A stretch of 36,267 nucleotides of DNA from a virus: the UHGV virus genome UHGV-0179687; one strand, written 5' to 3'. Each line of letters starts with the position of its first letter. Position 1 is the stretch's first letter. The notes under the pieces were generated by a model that searched no databases, was not told the origin of the DNA, and was given only the letters and a program-made list of their open reading frames with translations. The position numbers and the translations under genes were made by a program. This document shows positions 1 to 7,900 of the stretch, piece by piece.

Positions 1-597
1 TTACTCTTCCTCACGCCCCATCTTCAACACCTCATAAAATGTCCCCCGCCCAAGCCCATCCGACGGCAATTCCTGTTCCTGAGCCAGAGCTTTCAGCTTT
101 CGAAGTATCTGGTCAGATGCCGGTTTATCAGACGTCCCATAACGCCCATCAGTCTCCTCAACCAGAAGCTGAACCAGCAGCCAGCAGAGTCGGGCAGTAT
201 TCTCCCGTGCCTTATCGCGTTTATGCATTCCACGCAGGGAAGGTTGTGCTGAAGCAGTGAGATCCGGTAGCGCGTCGTCACCGAGCGTCTTCAGCCACTT
301 GCGTCCACGGCTGTTACGCGACAGTTTCATCACCGCCTTCAGGCTGCGAGCCTTAATTTCTGGCGGCGTGAGTTCGTCATCAATAAGCCGCCAGGCCAGC
401 GCGAACATTTCATCGGCATAGAACATGCGTTTATTCGCCGGGGCACTGACCATGCCAGTGGCTTTGATGGTGCGGTTGATGGCGTCGTGCAGGATACGGT
501 AATTTTCCTGATGTTCTTCCGGCAGGGCATTTGCCGGTTGGGAAGCATCGAGGCCGAGAAGCAGAAGGGCGAGATGCCGCGCTTCCAGCAGTGGCAT
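1..597 (-). CDS. hypothetical protein downstream of the island integrase (start uncertain)
   Basis: Minus-strand ORF ending at stop 1..3. The track ORF 1..894 overlaps the integrase 3' end over its first 99 codons, so the start is placed at the first Met beyond the integrase stop (codon 595..597). No motif recognised. Confidence 0.45.
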   Translation of the reverse strand: MPLLEARHLALLLLGLDASQPANALPEEHQENYRILHDAINRTIKATGMVSAPANKRMFYADEMFALAWRLIDDELTPPEIKARSLKAVMKLSRNSRGRKWLKTLGDDALPDLTASAQPSLRGMHKRDKARENTARLCWLLVQLLVEETDGRYGTSDKPASDQILRKLKALAQEQELPSDGLGRGTFYEVLKMGREEE

Positions 598-643
598 ATC
601 ACATTCCCGTTCAAACAGATTCTGACGAATGGGACTGGTCACA

Positions 644-1890
644 TTATTCTCCTTCCACGATCCGCAGCGGTTCTTCTTCGCCGAGCAAAGTCTGCCGTCT
701 GGCGGCATCAACATAGTTTCCCCACCACTGCATGAGCGGTCGCCTTTGTTCCAGGTAATCGCTGCGGTTGTAGGCTGCTTCGATCTCGTCTTCTTTCTGG
801 TGTGCCAGCGCAGATTCCAGTACTTCACGGGGGAAATGACCTGCCCCCGCCGTTCTGGCGATGCTGCGCATGCTGTGGGCGACCAGTTTACCACCGAACC
901 CCATACGGATAAGCGCGGCGTTCGCGGTCTGCTGGTGCATATGCTCCAGGGGGTTGCGGATGCTGGGGAAAACCCACGGGCGATGGCGGCTGACGGGTTC
1001 CATAACCTGAGAAACGCGCAGCGCTTGTTTGCTAAGCGGCACCGTGTGTGAGCGGTTCATCTTCATAAAGGTATCGGGTATGCGCCATTCCGCTTTTTCA
1101 TATCGATATCGCACCAGCGAGCGCTGACGGCTTCGCCGGGACGTACCCAGGTCAGTAGCTCCCATTCAATCAGACAGCGGGTTTCCTTGCGGATAGAGGC
1201 GTTCTGTAGTGCCAGCATTAGCCTGCCCAGTTCACTGGGGTGAAGGGCGGGCATGTTCTGCTTTTTCGGTTTCTTGAAGCGGGCGACTAGGTTGTCAGCC
1301 GGATTGAACTCGATGAGCTCTTCAGAGATGGCGAAGCGGAAGATTTCATTGAGCCGTGAGATAACCCGGCGCAGCGTTTCGAGGATGCCCTGTTCTTCCA
1401 GCGGTGTGAGGTGTTCCTTGAGCATTTTCGGGCGGATCTCGGTGACGGGCGTATTGCCCAGAGAAGGGAAGACGTGCATCTCCAGCGAACGCCAGACATC
1501 TTTGGCGTGATCTTCGCTAAGGTCGCTGGTCCGTTTCTTCTCTTTGAGCCACTGTTCCGCAACTTTTTCCAGCGTACATTCATTCTGGAGTCGTTGCTCC
1601 TCTGCAACCTGCTCCAGATGGGCCTGCGGGTCGATACCCTGCACGAGTAAACGCCGGTATTGCAACCTGAAATCTCGCGCCATGGCGAGGGTGACAACCG
1701 GGTAGGGGCCAATGCTGATTTTGGTCCGTTTTTTCAGCGCCGGGGGAGTGTATTCGAAGTACCAGATCTTTCTGCCGGATGGCTTAATCAACAACGCCAG
1801 CCCGTCGCCATCGCGCAGCATATACTCAGTCTTCTGCGGTTTGGCGGCAGCGATCTCGGTATTGGTTAGTGATTTCAATACCTTAGGCAT
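644..1890 (-). pseudogene. P4/CP4-57-type tyrosine integrase, disrupted by a 1-nt frameshift
   Basis: Two adjacent minus-strand ORFs (1063..1890 and 644..1165) in different frames. The first carries the N-terminal domain (LTNTEIAAAKPQK...DGDGLALLIKPSGRKIWYFEY). The second carries the catalytic domain (HSMRSIA and AAYNRSDYLEQRRPLMQWW, the His-x-x-Arg and catalytic Tyr region). The frames meet at a T5 run at 1094..1098 (A5 on the coding strand). Confidence 0.8.
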
Positions 1891-2055
1891 GTTTTAGCAC
1901 CACGCTTTTTTAGCCCCACGATACCGTGGTGCTAAACATGGTGCCAAAAGGTCAAAATTCATACAGAGATCATGACCACACATGCAACAAAAAAGCCTGC
2001 AACTCGTTGAAGTTACAGGCTTTTTAAGGTTCATGATGCATCATGAATGAATGTT

Positions 2056-2100
2056 TGGTGGAGCTGGCGGGAGTTGAACCCGCGTCCGAAATTCCTACAT
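2056..2100 (-). other. ssrA: ssrA (tmRNA) 3'-end fragment, attachment-site remnant
   Basis: Reverse complement reads ATGTAGGAATTTCGGACGCGGGTTCAACTCCCGCCAGCTCCACCA, which is the T-arm/acceptor end of enterobacterial tmRNA as I recall it. The match stops at 2100 and is followed by AT-rich unrelated DNA, so the full roughly 360-nt gene is not here. Confidence 0.8.
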
Positions 2101-2216
2101 ACCATTTATATTATAGTGAAAATAGATATTTACGTTTTAAATCAGTTAATTAGTCTTATCTTGTGTTTGGCTGTTTTATGTGATTTTAAAGTTCTGCCGC
2201 CAATTTGTCGCCAGTT

Positions 2217-3437
2217 TTATAGTGTGGGGTTATCTATCTTTTTATATTCAAATAGCATATCAATACTTCTTTCGAGTTTGTAAAAATCAGTTAAGGGGTA
2301 TAGTTTTACAATGTCCTCTTCGAAGTTTTTAATTCCAGACAGTTTTTCTTGACTTTGAAGATATCTCTTTGACATCATCAATTCTATTGAATTTTCTGTT
2401 ATTGATGAATGATCTAATGTTTTTAAGACCTGCCACGAAATAGGTGGCGTAAAGTCGAATAATGTGGAGAGTTTAGGGCAAAAATTTTGTTTTACCGTTT
2501 GTTCATATGTAACTTTGGGTGGAAATACAACATTTATTGAGCGGTTACTTAATCGTGAATTAGGCATTTTTGTAGAGAAGTAAGCTACACCGACAATTTT
2601 CGAGTAAGTTTTTCTACTAATCCATTGCATCAACAAATTAGGGATAATGTACTCTTGTATGAATGTTGCAGAACGATGATTTTTTAAATAATTACATGCA
2701 ATAATTAAAGGCCAGAAAATGAGATAAGAGGCCTTTACTCTATTTGTTTCGGCTAGTTTATTTTCGTCAGCGTAATCTGGTGAGGGATGTAACAAAAGCT
2801 GTGATGCAAAGTTTAAGACTTTATATTCAGTTTCACTGGTAGTAAATGATGAAATAAAAAGCTTGTCAAAATCTGGTTTTTCCATCTCCTGCCAACAAAC
2901 ATAAACCGAAGTGCCAAGATATAAACATGGTAAGCCAGCGACTGAATATCTTTGTGCACTAACAAAATGTCTATTGGAGAATGGAATATGGAAAATTTCA
3001 TCTCTTGACGTTAGAGGATTTTCACTTTTTCTAACTCGAAATAATGGTTTTTTATGATTGCAAATGCTACTGAGTGGAGTAGTGATGCGATGTATGTGTT
3101 GGATTGTTGAGTTATCAGAGAATGTTTTATCAAAGTGGTCATATGCTGACTTGATATCACCTGATAAAAAACTTTCAAGTGATAATGTTATTCCATTTTG
3201 AATGTTCTTAACTTTGCTGATTAATTCATCAAAATTCGGCATCCCATCTTTATTGTTGCTTTTGTATTTAATTATTGTTTTTAGATACTTATCGCAACGT
3301 TCAGTGAAGTCACTTATTATATCTCTATGTACTATAAGTGGAGGGTTTAATTTTGGTTCGGAAATGACTTGTTTTAATAATGAGTTTAAATGGTTCTCAA
3401 ATAACTTTTCTTTATTGACTTTGTTTTTAATATCCAT
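2217..3437 (-). CDS. hypothetical AT-rich cargo protein, 406 aa, with a possible RES-like motif
   Basis: Long minus-strand ORF starting 10 nt after the int stop. Hand-counted G+C about 27-30 % against about 55 % in the structural genes. Segment PFSNRHFVSAQRYSVAGLPCLYLGTSVYVCWQEM resembles the Arg / LY-L / Glu pattern of RES domains; this is weak and from memory. Confidence 0.6.
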   Translation of the reverse strand: MDIKNKVNKEKLFENHLNSLLKQVISEPKLNPPLIVHRDIISDFTERCDKYLKTIIKYKSNNKDGMPNFDELISKVKNIQNGITLSLESFLSGDIKSAYDHFDKTFSDNSTIQHIHRITTPLSSICNHKKPLFRVRKSENPLTSRDEIFHIPFSNRHFVSAQRYSVAGLPCLYLGTSVYVCWQEMEKPDFDKLFISSFTTSETEYKVLNFASQLLLHPSPDYADENKLAETNRVKASYLIFWPLIIACNYLKNHRSATFIQEYIIPNLLMQWISRKTYSKIVGVAYFSTKMPNSRLSNRSINVVFPPKVTYEQTVKQNFCPKLSTLFDFTPPISWQVLKTLDHSSITENSIELMMSKRYLQSQEKLSGIKNFEEDIVKLYPLTDFYKLERSIDMLFEYKKIDNPTL

Positions 3438-3447
3438 TTTGATAAGC

Positions 3448-4467
3448 TCAAATAGTTAACATATGTAAAGGGTTTTTGGTAACGGCATCTTCAAGATGGT
3501 CTGGGGAAAAATGAGAATAAACCATTGTCATTTTTATATCTGTATGACCGAGAATCTCTTTAAGAACAAGTATGTTTCCTCCGTTCATCATAAAATGGCT
3601 GGCAAATGTATGACGTAATACATGGGTGCATTGACCCTCTGGAAGCTCAATACCGGCCCGCTTTACTGCACGCTCAAAGGCTTTTCTGCAGGGCGAGAAT
3701 AACTTCCCTCGGTTTTTAGGAAGTTCGTTGTACAGCTCCTGAGATATCGGCACGGTACGGTTTTTCTTGCCCTTCGTCTTGGTATAAGTGATGCGGTATT
3801 TGGATAACTGATGGCCCTGCAGTTTTTCGGCTTCACTCCACCGTGCGCCGGTAGCTAAGCATATTTTGGTAATCATTAGTAGGCTCGGGCTTTGAGATTC
3901 AGCACATGCAGCCAACAGGCGTTTGATTTCCTCCGTGGAAAGAAAGGCTAGTTCACCTTCAGCAATTTTAAATGTTGGAAGCCCGGCAAGAGGGTTGGGG
4001 GCTGACCAGTGGCCCAGCTTTTTCAGTGTACCAAAAACCGATGATAGGTTGCGTTGTTCAAGGTTTACCGTGCGGGGCTTAACGGGCGACATCAGCGTGC
4101 CATCTTCATTTCGCACTTCACCTTTTAGCCGTGCTTCGCGGTATTTCGTAAAGTCACCGGCAGTCAGCTCTGAAGCGATGGGATCGCCCAGACCATTACA
4201 GATAATTCCAAGTTTCGCCATGAGTCGCTTGGGGTCTGCGAGTGTCTGACCATACAGGGAATACCACAGCTCAATTAATTCTGATAGGCGTCGCCGATCA
4301 TCCTTTTCACCCAACCACGGTTTTTTATTCACTTCTTCCATTGTGAAGCTTTCAAACGCAATGGCTTCGCCTTTCGTGGCAAATTGCTTACGCACGCGCT
4401 TGCCATTGCGTCCATTGGGATAGCACTCACACAACCATTTTCCGTTCGGCTGTTTTCTGATGGTCAT
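3448..4467 (-). CDS. int: P2-type tyrosine integrase
   Basis: 339 aa. N-terminal RNGKRVRKQF, then TGARWSEA, HVLRHTFASHFMMNGG and LGHTDIKMTMVYSHF (Arg, His-x-x-Arg, catalytic Tyr), typical of P2 Int. Confidence 0.9.
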   Translation of the reverse strand: MTIRKQPNGKWLCECYPNGRNGKRVRKQFATKGEAIAFESFTMEEVNKKPWLGEKDDRRRLSELIELWYSLYGQTLADPKRLMAKLGIICNGLGDPIASELTAGDFTKYREARLKGEVRNEDGTLMSPVKPRTVNLEQRNLSSVFGTLKKLGHWSAPNPLAGLPTFKIAEGELAFLSTEEIKRLLAACAESQSPSLLMITKICLATGARWSEAEKLQGHQLSKYRITYTKTKGKKNRTVPISQELYNELPKNRGKLFSPCRKAFERAVKRAGIELPEGQCTHVLRHTFASHFMMNGGNILVLKEILGHTDIKMTMVYSHFSPDHLEDAVTKNPLHMLTI

Positions 4468-4468
4468 A

Positions 4469-5101
4469 TCAAAGGCTCTTAATGATTTTCAGTGCGCGGC
4501 CTACTACCTCAATGTCATCCAGGCCGCACTCAAACGATGAATCATCCTGATGCACTACTAATTTGTTTCCCGGGAGTCGAGTCAATTTAACAATGCTTTT
4601 TATCCCGTCGATATCGACTAACCACATACCATTTACTAGTGGTGTTTGGTTGCGATCTATTAAATAAGAATCACCAGAAGTAGTCACCAGCAGTAGGTTG
4701 CTTGAGTCTGAGGGGAGTATGCTGCTATCAATGATTGCTTTTCCAGCATCGATCAATAAACCACCGTTGAGAGTCGCCTTGTCAATTTCAGGAGATACTA
4801 GTTCAGAAAGAGGTATAACCTTGCTGGAGTTCACGGAGTTGATATTTTTTTGGGGTTCAATGTTTGAACCTGGCTCCCCCTGTCCGGTGGTTAGCCACAG
4901 TAAAGAAACTCCTGTTTCCAAGGCGCACTGAATCACCCACTCTGCAGGAAAACTATCTCTTAAGTATCTGTTTGCCATGGTACTTTTTGATGCGCCCAAG
5001 TGATCGCAAAGTTGCTGTCTGGACTTGAAATCATAGGCTGCCATTAGTCTATGGATAGCCTCTCTTCCCCCTGTATTCTCTCCAGCCTTTACCTGTATCA
5101 T
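4469..5101 (-). CDS. cI: 186-type CI immunity repressor
   Basis: 210 aa, directly upstream of int on the same strand and divergent from the Apl-like/cII genes. N-terminal HTH-like region. Size and position match phage 186 cI. Confidence 0.7.
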   Translation of the reverse strand: MIQVKAGENTGGREAIHRLMAAYDFKSRQQLCDHLGASKSTMANRYLRDSFPAEWVIQCALETGVSLLWLTTGQGEPGSNIEPQKNINSVNSSKVIPLSELVSPEIDKATLNGGLLIDAGKAIIDSSILPSDSSNLLLVTTSGDSYLIDRNQTPLVNGMWLVDIDGIKSIVKLTRLPGNKLVVHQDDSSFECGLDDIEVVGRALKIIKSL

Positions 5102-5113
5102 TTTTTAATCCTA

Positions 5114-5142
5114 TTGACGTATCAAATATTGGATCGTAGTAT
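5114..5142 (+). promoter_or_regulatory. candidate early lytic promoter (pR-like)
   Basis: TTGACG (5114..5119), 17-nt spacer, TAGTAT (5137..5142), in the cI/apl divergent intergenic region. Two near-identical 15-mers, atcaaatattggatc (5121..5135) and gtcaaatattgaatc (5151..5165), overlap or follow it and may be operators. Confidence 0.5.
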
Positions 5143-5220
5143 CTCTATGTGTCAAATATTGAATCAAGTAAAACGAGATAAAACGACGTAAACCAAACCT
5201 TAATCGGGAGATACTGCACT

Positions 5221-5463
5221 ATGAGCACTGATATTTCAATTCGTGTACCAAAAGAGATGGCTACGCCTGCAGAGTTCGCGGAATGGGAAGGTATCTCCCG
5301 CGGCTCCGTGTATCAAAAAATTCACCATGGTCAGCTTGCTAAATACATGGTCAAGAAAGAAAAAAATAAAGGCCGCGTAAGCCTGCGTTATCTGATGTAC
5401 AAAACCGATCAGGTCCGTGAATCCCTCGGTCATTGCAACTTCCGCGTCATTGTTGGTAAGTAA
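5221..5463 (+). CDS. Apl/Cox-like small DNA-binding protein (excisionase/repressor position)
   Basis: 80-aa ORF, first gene rightward from the immunity region, as apl is in 186. Call is by position and size. Confidence 0.55.
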   Translation: MSTDISIRVPKEMATPAEFAEWEGISRGSVYQKIHHGQLAKYMVKKEKNKGRVSLRYLMYKTDQVRESLGHCNFRVIVGK

Positions 5464-5495
5464 GTTCAATTATGAGAACTTTCTAAGGGGGTAGC

Positions 5496-6005
5496 ATGTT
5501 TGATTATAAGATTTCCAAACACCCGCATTTTGATGAAGCCTGTAGAGCTTTTGCACTTCGTCACAATATGGCGAAGCTGGCAGAACGTGCAGGAATGAAT
5601 GTCCAGACTCTGCGAAACAAACTCAACCCAGATCAACCGCATCAGCTCAATGCGCCAGAAATCTGGCTGCTTACCGATCTGACTGAAGATTCAACGCTGA
5701 TAGATGGTTTTCTGGCACAGATTCACTGCCTGCCATGTGTACCTATTAATGAGGTAGCAAAAGAGAAACTGCCGCATTACGTCATGAGTGCAACCGCAGA
5801 GATCGGGCGTGTTGCTGCAGGTGCGGTATCTGGCGATGTAAAAACCAGTGCAGGTCGTCGTGATGCTATCAGCAGCATTAACTCTGTAACACGACTGATG
5901 GCGCTGGCTGCTGTTTCATTGCAGGCCCGTTTACAGGCTAACCCTGCGATGGCGAGTGCAGTTGATACCATGACTGGCCTCGGTGCTTCATTCGGTTTGC
6001 TGTGA
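5496..6005 (+). CDS. cII: CII-like lysogeny establishment regulator
   Basis: 169 aa, the length I recall for 186 CII, immediately after the Apl-like gene. RBS aagggggtagcATG. Confidence 0.6.
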   Translation: MFDYKISKHPHFDEACRAFALRHNMAKLAERAGMNVQTLRNKLNPDQPHQLNAPEIWLLTDLTEDSTLIDGFLAQIHCLPCVPINEVAKEKLPHYVMSATAEIGRVAAGAVSGDVKTSAGRRDAISSINSVTRLMALAAVSLQARLQANPAMASAVDTMTGLGASFGLL

Positions 6006-6012
6006 GGTGCTT

Positions 6013-6213
6013 ATGCTGACGAAAGAACCATCATTTGCATCGCTGCTGGTAAAACAAAGCCCGGCAATGCACTACGGTCACGGCTGGATAATGGGTAAGG
6101 ATGGTAAACGCTGGCATCCGTGCCGTTCACAAGATGAATTGCTGGCAGAACTATCAACGAAAAAACGGGGGAACAAATGGCTATTGAAGGCGCTGCGGCG
6201 ACTGTTCCATTAA
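6013..6213 (+). CDS. hypothetical early protein
   Basis: ORF with RBS gaggtg upstream of the ATG at 6013. Start chosen inside track ORF 5983..6213. Confidence 0.4.
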   Translation: MLTKEPSFASLLVKQSPAMHYGHGWIMGKDGKRWHPCRSQDELLAELSTKKRGNKWLLKALRRLFH

Positions 6214-6518
6214 GCCCCGGTGAACGCCTGAATGGACTTAATCACATTGCGGAGTTAAGGGCGAAAGTATTTGGCCTGAATATTGAGTCAGAGCTTGAGC
6301 GGTTTATTAAAGATATGCGTGATCCACGGGATATCAATAACGAAAAAAATAAACGAGCACTGGCTGCCATATTCTTTATGGCAAAAATTCCAGCTGAACG
6401 TCATAGCATCAGCATTAATGAGCTGACCACTGACGAAAAGCGGGAGTTGATTAAAGCAATGAATCATTTTCGTGCAGTGGTGAGCTTATTTCCCAGACGG
6501 CTAACCATGCCGAATTAA
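6177..6518 (+). CDS. hypothetical early protein
   Basis: 113-aa ORF with RBS ggggga. No motif recognised. Confidence 0.45.
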   Translation: MAIEGAAATVPLSPGERLNGLNHIAELRAKVFGLNIESELERFIKDMRDPRDINNEKNKRALAAIFFMAKIPAERHSISINELTTDEKRELIKAMNHFRAVVSLFPRRLTMPN

Positions 6519-6585
6519 CCAACTAATGAAATTAATGGCGTAAACCCTCCGGGCATCCCTTTATCTAAATTCAGGAGAATTGATT

Positions 6586-6819
6586 ATGCGTAATATTGAA
6601 ACCCTCACGACTAAAACCGGACCGGATGATGCATGGCTTAATATTTTACTGACAGAGGCTCGTCTGGAAGAACGCCGGGCAAGGGCTGAAGCAATGGCAG
6701 CTCGCCTTGATAGCCTGGCGTGTCATATCTCATCCCGCCAGCTAAACCACGTCGAAGCAGCAGAACTGCTGCGTGTGACCGCTGAAGCAATCCAGAACGA
6801 AGCGCAGGAGATCCACTAA
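6586..6819 (+). CDS. hypothetical early protein
   Basis: ORF with aggag RBS 8 nt upstream of the ATG at 6586. Stop overlaps the next start. Confidence 0.5.
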   Translation: MRNIETLTTKTGPDDAWLNILLTEARLEERRARAEAMAARLDSLACHISSRQLNHVEAAELLRVTAEAIQNEAQEIH

Positions 6820-7046
6820 TGGCTGATGCAATGGATCTCGTACAGCAGCGCGTTGAAGAAGAACGCCAGCGCCACATCCGTGCTGCCCGTGCCAAAACAC
6901 CGGGCATGTCTCGCGTGCTTTGCATTGAGTGTGAAGCGCCAATTCCGCCAGCACGCCGCCGCGCCATTCCGGGAGTGCAGCTTTGCATTACCTGTCAGGA
7001 AATCGCAGAGCTGAAAGGTAAACATTACAACGGAGGTGCTGTATGA
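6819..7046 (+). CDS. TraR/DksA-family C4 zinc-finger protein
   Basis: 75 aa with CIECEAPIP...CITCQ, two Cys-x-x-Cys pairs spaced as in TraR/DksA. Common in P2-like early operons. Confidence 0.75.
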   Translation: MADAMDLVQQRVEEERQRHIRAARAKTPGMSRVLCIECEAPIPPARRRAIPGVQLCITCQEIAELKGKHYNGGAV

Positions 7047-7900
7047 GCACCATCCTGAAATGGGCGGGTAATAAAACCGCCATTATGTCCGAACTGAAAA
7101 AACACCTTCCTGCTGGCCCGCGACTGGTTGAACCTTTCGCGGGTTCTTGTGCTGTGATGATGGAGACGGATTACCCCAGCTATTTGGTTGCGGATATTAA
7201 TCCTGATTTAATCAACCTCTATAAAAAGGTTGCCGCTGATTGTGAATCGTTTATATTTCGCGCCAGAGTTTTATTTGAGATCGCAAACAGGGAGGTGGCT
7301 TATTACAACATAAGGCAGGAGTTTAATTACTCCACTGAAATTACTGATTTCATGAAAGCGGTATATTTCCTGTATCTCAATCGTCACGGTTACCGTGGTT
7401 TATGTCGCTATAACAAGAGCGGGCATTTCAACATTCCCTACGGTAATTATAAAAATCCGTATTTCCCTGAAAAAGAACTTCGCACATTTGCAGAAAAAGC
7501 CCAGCGAGCAACGTTTGTCTGCGCCAGCTTTGATGAAACGCTGGCGATGTTGAAGGCGGGGGATGTGGTGTATTGCGATCCGCCGTATGACGGTACGTTT
7601 TCCGGCTATCACACTGATGGTTTCACTGAAGATGACCAGTATCACCTGGCATCCGTTCTTGAACATCGGTCATCAGAAGGACATCCGGTCATTGTTTCTA
7701 ACAGTGACACATCCCTGATCCGTTCGCTGTATCGCAATTTTACTCACCACTACATCAAGGCAAAACGCAGCATCGGCGTAGCAGCTGGTGAGAGTAAATC
7801 TGCAACAGAAATCATTGCTGTTTCCGGGCCGCGCTGCTGGGTGGGATTTGATCCTTCGCGTGGCGTGGATAGTTCTGCCGTGTACGGAGTGCGTGCATGA
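7043..7900 (+). CDS. dam: DNA adenine methyltransferase (Dam-like)
   Basis: 285 aa with the DPPY catalytic motif (VYCDPPYDG) and the N-terminal PFAGSCAV AdoMet-binding-like segment. Confidence 0.85.
   Translation: MSTILKWAGNKTAIMSELKKHLPAGPRLVEPFAGSCAVMMETDYPSYLVADINPDLINLYKKVAADCESFIFRARVLFEIANREVAYYNIRQEFNYSTEITDFMKAVYFLYLNRHGYRGLCRYNKSGHFNIPYGNYKNPYFPEKELRTFAEKAQRATFVCASFDETLAMLKAGDVVYCDPPYDGTFSGYHTDGFTEDDQYHLASVLEHRSSEGHPVIVSNSDTSLIRSLYRNFTHHYIKAKRSIGVAAGESKSATEIIAVSGPRCWVGFDPSRGVDSSAVYGVRA

Larger units (their letters stand above)
1..2055. mobile_element. remnant of a P4/CP4-57-type integrative island (integrase plus downstream ORF)
   Basis: Integrase immediately downstream of, and co-oriented with, the ssrA 3' fragment. 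Only the att-proximal end is inside the window. Confidence 0.5.

Noticed and set aside
1-894. 297-aa minus-strand ORF taken as a single gene
   Set aside because: Its first 99 codons overlap the 3' end of the integrase catalytic-domain reading frame. The gene more likely starts at the internal Met (codon 595..597).
2056-2420. Complete ssrA (tmRNA) gene
   Set aside because: Only the last 45 nt match. Sequence beyond 2100 is AT-rich, unrelated, and occupied by the 406-aa ORF.
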